Below, piece after piece: positions 61,357-64,000 of a DNA stretch of 64,000 nt; the stretch's first letter is position 1, and the number at the start of each line of letters is the position of its first letter. Source of the DNA: Gammaproteobacteria bacterium. GTDB taxonomy: Bacteria > Pseudomonadota > Gammaproteobacteria > JAJFKG01. The position numbers and the translations under genes are program-made. The stretch covers positions 970,503 to 1,034,502 of the forward strand of contig OZ220716.1 of assembly GCA_965116795.1 (NCBI GenBank), written 5' to 3'. Below the pieces are notes generated by a model. That model searched no databases and had not been told where the DNA came from. It was given only the letters and a program-made list of their open reading frames with translations.

Positions 61357-63047
61357 AAAGTGGTGTAGATAACTCTGTATCTCCATGGCGCTATCGATTT
61401 ATCTTATTGTTATTATTTCTAATTAGTGCCAGTTTAGTGTGGCGTTTAGTCTACTTAACCTTAATTGATCAATCCTTCTTACGTAACCAAGGTAATGCAC
61501 GTACATTACGTATGTTTAGACTCCCAGCATACCGTGGGATTATTACTGATCGACAGGGTGAACCGTTAGCAGTTAGCACACCGGTTAAATCAGTTTGGAT
61601 CAATCCAAAAACATTTTCAGCAACACCTAAACAATTACATCAATTAAGTAACTTGTTGTCAATGTCAATGACTGAGCTTAAGAAACGTATTCCTAATTCA
61701 TCAACCACTCATGTCGAATTTGTTTATTTAAAACGACACATTCAACCTGCGATTGCAGCTAACGTGGATAAGCTTGCTGTTCCTGGCATACATTTACAGC
61801 AAGAATTTCGTCGTTATTATCCAGAAGGTGAAGTAACTGCGCAATTAGTTGGATTTACTAATATCGATGATCGTGGACAAGAAGGCATGGAACTGGCGTA
61901 TGATAGTTGGTTGCGTGGCGAAGCAGGTAAAAAACGTGTATTAGTGGATAGGTTAGGTCAAGCAGTGAGTGATCTTGGCATCGTAAAAGAAGTGCGTCCT
62001 GGACACGATTTAGTATTAAGTGTCGATAAGCGTTTGCAATACCTTGCTTACCGTGAGCTAAAAGAAGCAGTTGTTAAGTATAAAGCAGAATCCGGATCAG
62101 TGGTGATATTACAACCGCAAACGGGTGAAGTGTTAGCAATGGCAAATTACCCGTCGTTTAATCCGAATAAACGGTTTCGTCGTGGTGATGGCAGTCAGCG
62201 TAATCGTGCAGTAACCGACTTATTTGAACCGGGTTCAACTATGAAAGCGTTTAGTATTGCTAATGCGTTGGCAAGTGGTCGTTATCAACCGGATACAAAA
62301 ATTTCTGTATCGCCTGGCAAGATGAAGATAGGGCGTAATATAGTTAAAGATCCACACGGTGACTTGGGTACGATCGATTTGACTACTATATTAAGCCGCT
62401 CAAGTAATGTTGGGGTAGCAAAATTAACATTATCATTGCCATCGGATAGTTTACCTAACTTGTTATATAAAGCAGGCATTAGTCATAAAACAAATTCTGG
62501 CTTTCCAGGAGAAAGCAGTGGCACCATGCAATCGCTTAAGCCATGGCAGCGTTTTAGTTTGGCAACACAGGCATTTGGTTATGCCTTCTCAGTCACCAAT
62601 TTACAATTAGCACAAGCGTATTCAATTTTTGCAACCGGTGGTTTGAAATACCCAGTGACCTTATTGCGTGCTGAACAAGCGCCGCAAGGTGAGCAGGTAT
62701 TAACAAAACAAGTAGCCGATACGATGCTAACTATGTTAGAGTCCGACGTCACGTCATATGGGACTAGACGTGTTGGGGTGAAGGGTTATCGCGTTGCAGG
62801 CAAAACCGGCACAACACGTATGTTAGGGCCTAATGGTTATCAAATCGATCATCATATTGCATCGTTCGCAGGCATTGCACCGGTGAGTCATCCACAATTT
62901 GTGATTTCAGTGGTTGTTAAAGATCCCAAAGGTTTTCGCTATTACGGTGGGCAAATAGCTGCGCCATTGTTTTCACGGATTTTAACTGGGGCACTGCGGA
63001 TTGCAGCAGCGTCGCCTGATCAACAAAAAGTAGCAAGTTCATCATGA
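61353..63047 (+). CDS. ftsI: Peptidoglycan D,D-transpeptidase FtsI (PBP3)
   Basis: RGIITDR, EPGSTMK (SxxK), SSN, KTGT; GTG 61353 overlaps the ftsL stop. Confidence 0.96.
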   Translation: MKSGVDNSVSPWRYRFILLLLFLISASLVWRLVYLTLIDQSFLRNQGNARTLRMFRLPAYRGIITDRQGEPLAVSTPVKSVWINPKTFSATPKQLHQLSNLLSMSMTELKKRIPNSSTTHVEFVYLKRHIQPAIAANVDKLAVPGIHLQQEFRRYYPEGEVTAQLVGFTNIDDRGQEGMELAYDSWLRGEAGKKRVLVDRLGQAVSDLGIVKEVRPGHDLVLSVDKRLQYLAYRELKEAVVKYKAESGSVVILQPQTGEVLAMANYPSFNPNKRFRRGDGSQRNRAVTDLFEPGSTMKAFSIANALASGRYQPDTKISVSPGKMKIGRNIVKDPHGDLGTIDLTTILSRSSNVGVAKLTLSLPSDSLPNLLYKAGISHKTNSGFPGESSGTMQSLKPWQRFSLATQAFGYAFSVTNLQLAQAYSIFATGGLKYPVTLLRAEQAPQGEQVLTKQVADTMLTMLESDVTSYGTRRVGVKGYRVAGKTGTTRMLGPNGYQIDHHIASFAGIAPVSHPQFVISVVVKDPKGFRYYGGQIAAPLFSRILTGALRIAAASPDQQKVASSS

Positions 63048-64000
63048 CGATAAACAGTAAAACACATTTAACAACATTATTAGCTGATAGTGTTAATGTG
63101 GCGAACATTCCTGATTGTGTGATCACAGGGTTAACCTTAGATAGCCGTCATGTCACACAAGGTGATCTGTTTTTTGCATATGCAGGTGGTAAAACAGATG
63201 GTCGACACTATATTGATGAAGCCTTAGGACATGGTGCAGCTGCTGTTATCTGTGAGGCAAGCGATGCGGTTGTGTACGTTGATGTTCGCCAGTTAGGTGG
63301 ACGTCACATACCGATTATCACTATACCCGATTTGGTACAACAAGTTGGTTACATTGCAGCACGATTTTATGGTTACCCAGCACGGACCTTACCTATTTTT
63401 GGGGTGACGGGCACCAATGGGAAAACCTCAATTACTCACTTAATTGCACAAGCCTACGATTATTTTCATAAACGGTGCGCGGTTGTTGGCACGATAGGGT
63501 ATGGTTTTTTAGATCAATTAACATCACAGTCATTAACAACCCCGAATCCGATTGGCGTGCAGCAACGGTTAGCACAATTGTGTCAGCAAGGGGCAGATGC
63601 AATCGCCATGGAAATTTCATCGCATGCGTTATCACAGTACCGTGCCAATGGTGTTGAATTAGATACGGCGATATTTACTAATTTAACCCGTGATCATTTG
63701 AATTACCATCACACGATTGAAGCGTATGCCAATGCAAAAAAACGCTTATTCGATTTGCCACTAAATAATAAAGTAATCAATTTAGATGATCCAATTGGAA
63801 GAGATTGGTTAACAGTGTTTGCAAACGGTCCTAATGTGTATGCGTATAGTGCTACTGATCAAACCCATCCCACGTTACCTACCATTAATGCCACTCAGAT
63901 TAGCGTTCATCAACACGGATTGACCATTACTGTGCGTACCCCGTGGGGTGATGGTGTGTTGCGTACCCAATTATTAGGCCGTTTTAATGTGAGTAATTTA
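63044..64000 (+). CDS. murE: UDP-MurNAc-tripeptide ligase MurE; runs off the window
   Basis: Hand translation: LDSR..GDLFFA, GVTGTNGKTS, LTTP, MEISSHAL, FTNLTRDHL. Confidence 0.95.
   Translation, partial: MTINSKTHLTTLLADSVNVANIPDCVITGLTLDSRHVTQGDLFFAYAGGKTDGRHYIDEALGHGAAAVICEASDAVVYVDVRQLGGRHIPIITIPDLVQQVGYIAARFYGYPARTLPIFGVTGTNGKTSITHLIAQAYDYFHKRCAVVGTIGYGFLDQLTSQSLTTPNPIGVQQRLAQLCQQGADAIAMEISSHALSQYRANGVELDTAIFTNLTRDHLNYHHTIEAYANAKKRLFDLPLNNKVINLDDPIGRDWLTVFANGPNVYAYSATDQTHPTLPTINATQISVHQHGLTITVRTPWGDGVLRTQLLGRFNVSNL

Overview
Core-genome window of a divergent gammaproteobacterium, probably Legionellales/Coxiellales-like. That placement is inferred from the 16S sequence, the S7 insertion and several AT-rich orphan ORFs with acidic C-termini. 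The backbone is anmK, an M23 peptidase, tyrS, one rRNA operon (16S-23S-5S, no ITS tRNAs), tRNA-Tyr/Gly/Thr, tuf, tRNA-Trp, secE-nusG-rplKAJL-rpoBC, a contiguous str-S10-spc-alpha supercluster, a GT9 glycosyltransferase, an MFS transporter, rnpB and the start of the dcw cluster (mraZ-rsmH-ftsL-ftsI-murE). There are three accessory patches. (1) 1-5200: a frameshift-fragmented effector-like gene, a secreted beta-barrel/inverse-autotransporter-like gene and a HigBA remnant. (2) 14.9-20.5 kb: a 1374-aa atypical protein kinase with a 35-aa tandem-repeat array whose variation is confined to a few positions, an ISAs1 remnant and an intact MazF-type TA pair. (3) 56.3-59.3 kb: an effector-like ORF and an outer-membrane barrel. 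The two most notable signals are the repeat-array kinase and a family of ERIC/RPE-like palindromic miniature elements. These elements sit in the P12 loop of RNase P RNA, twice in the rRNA spacer and inside the spc operon.
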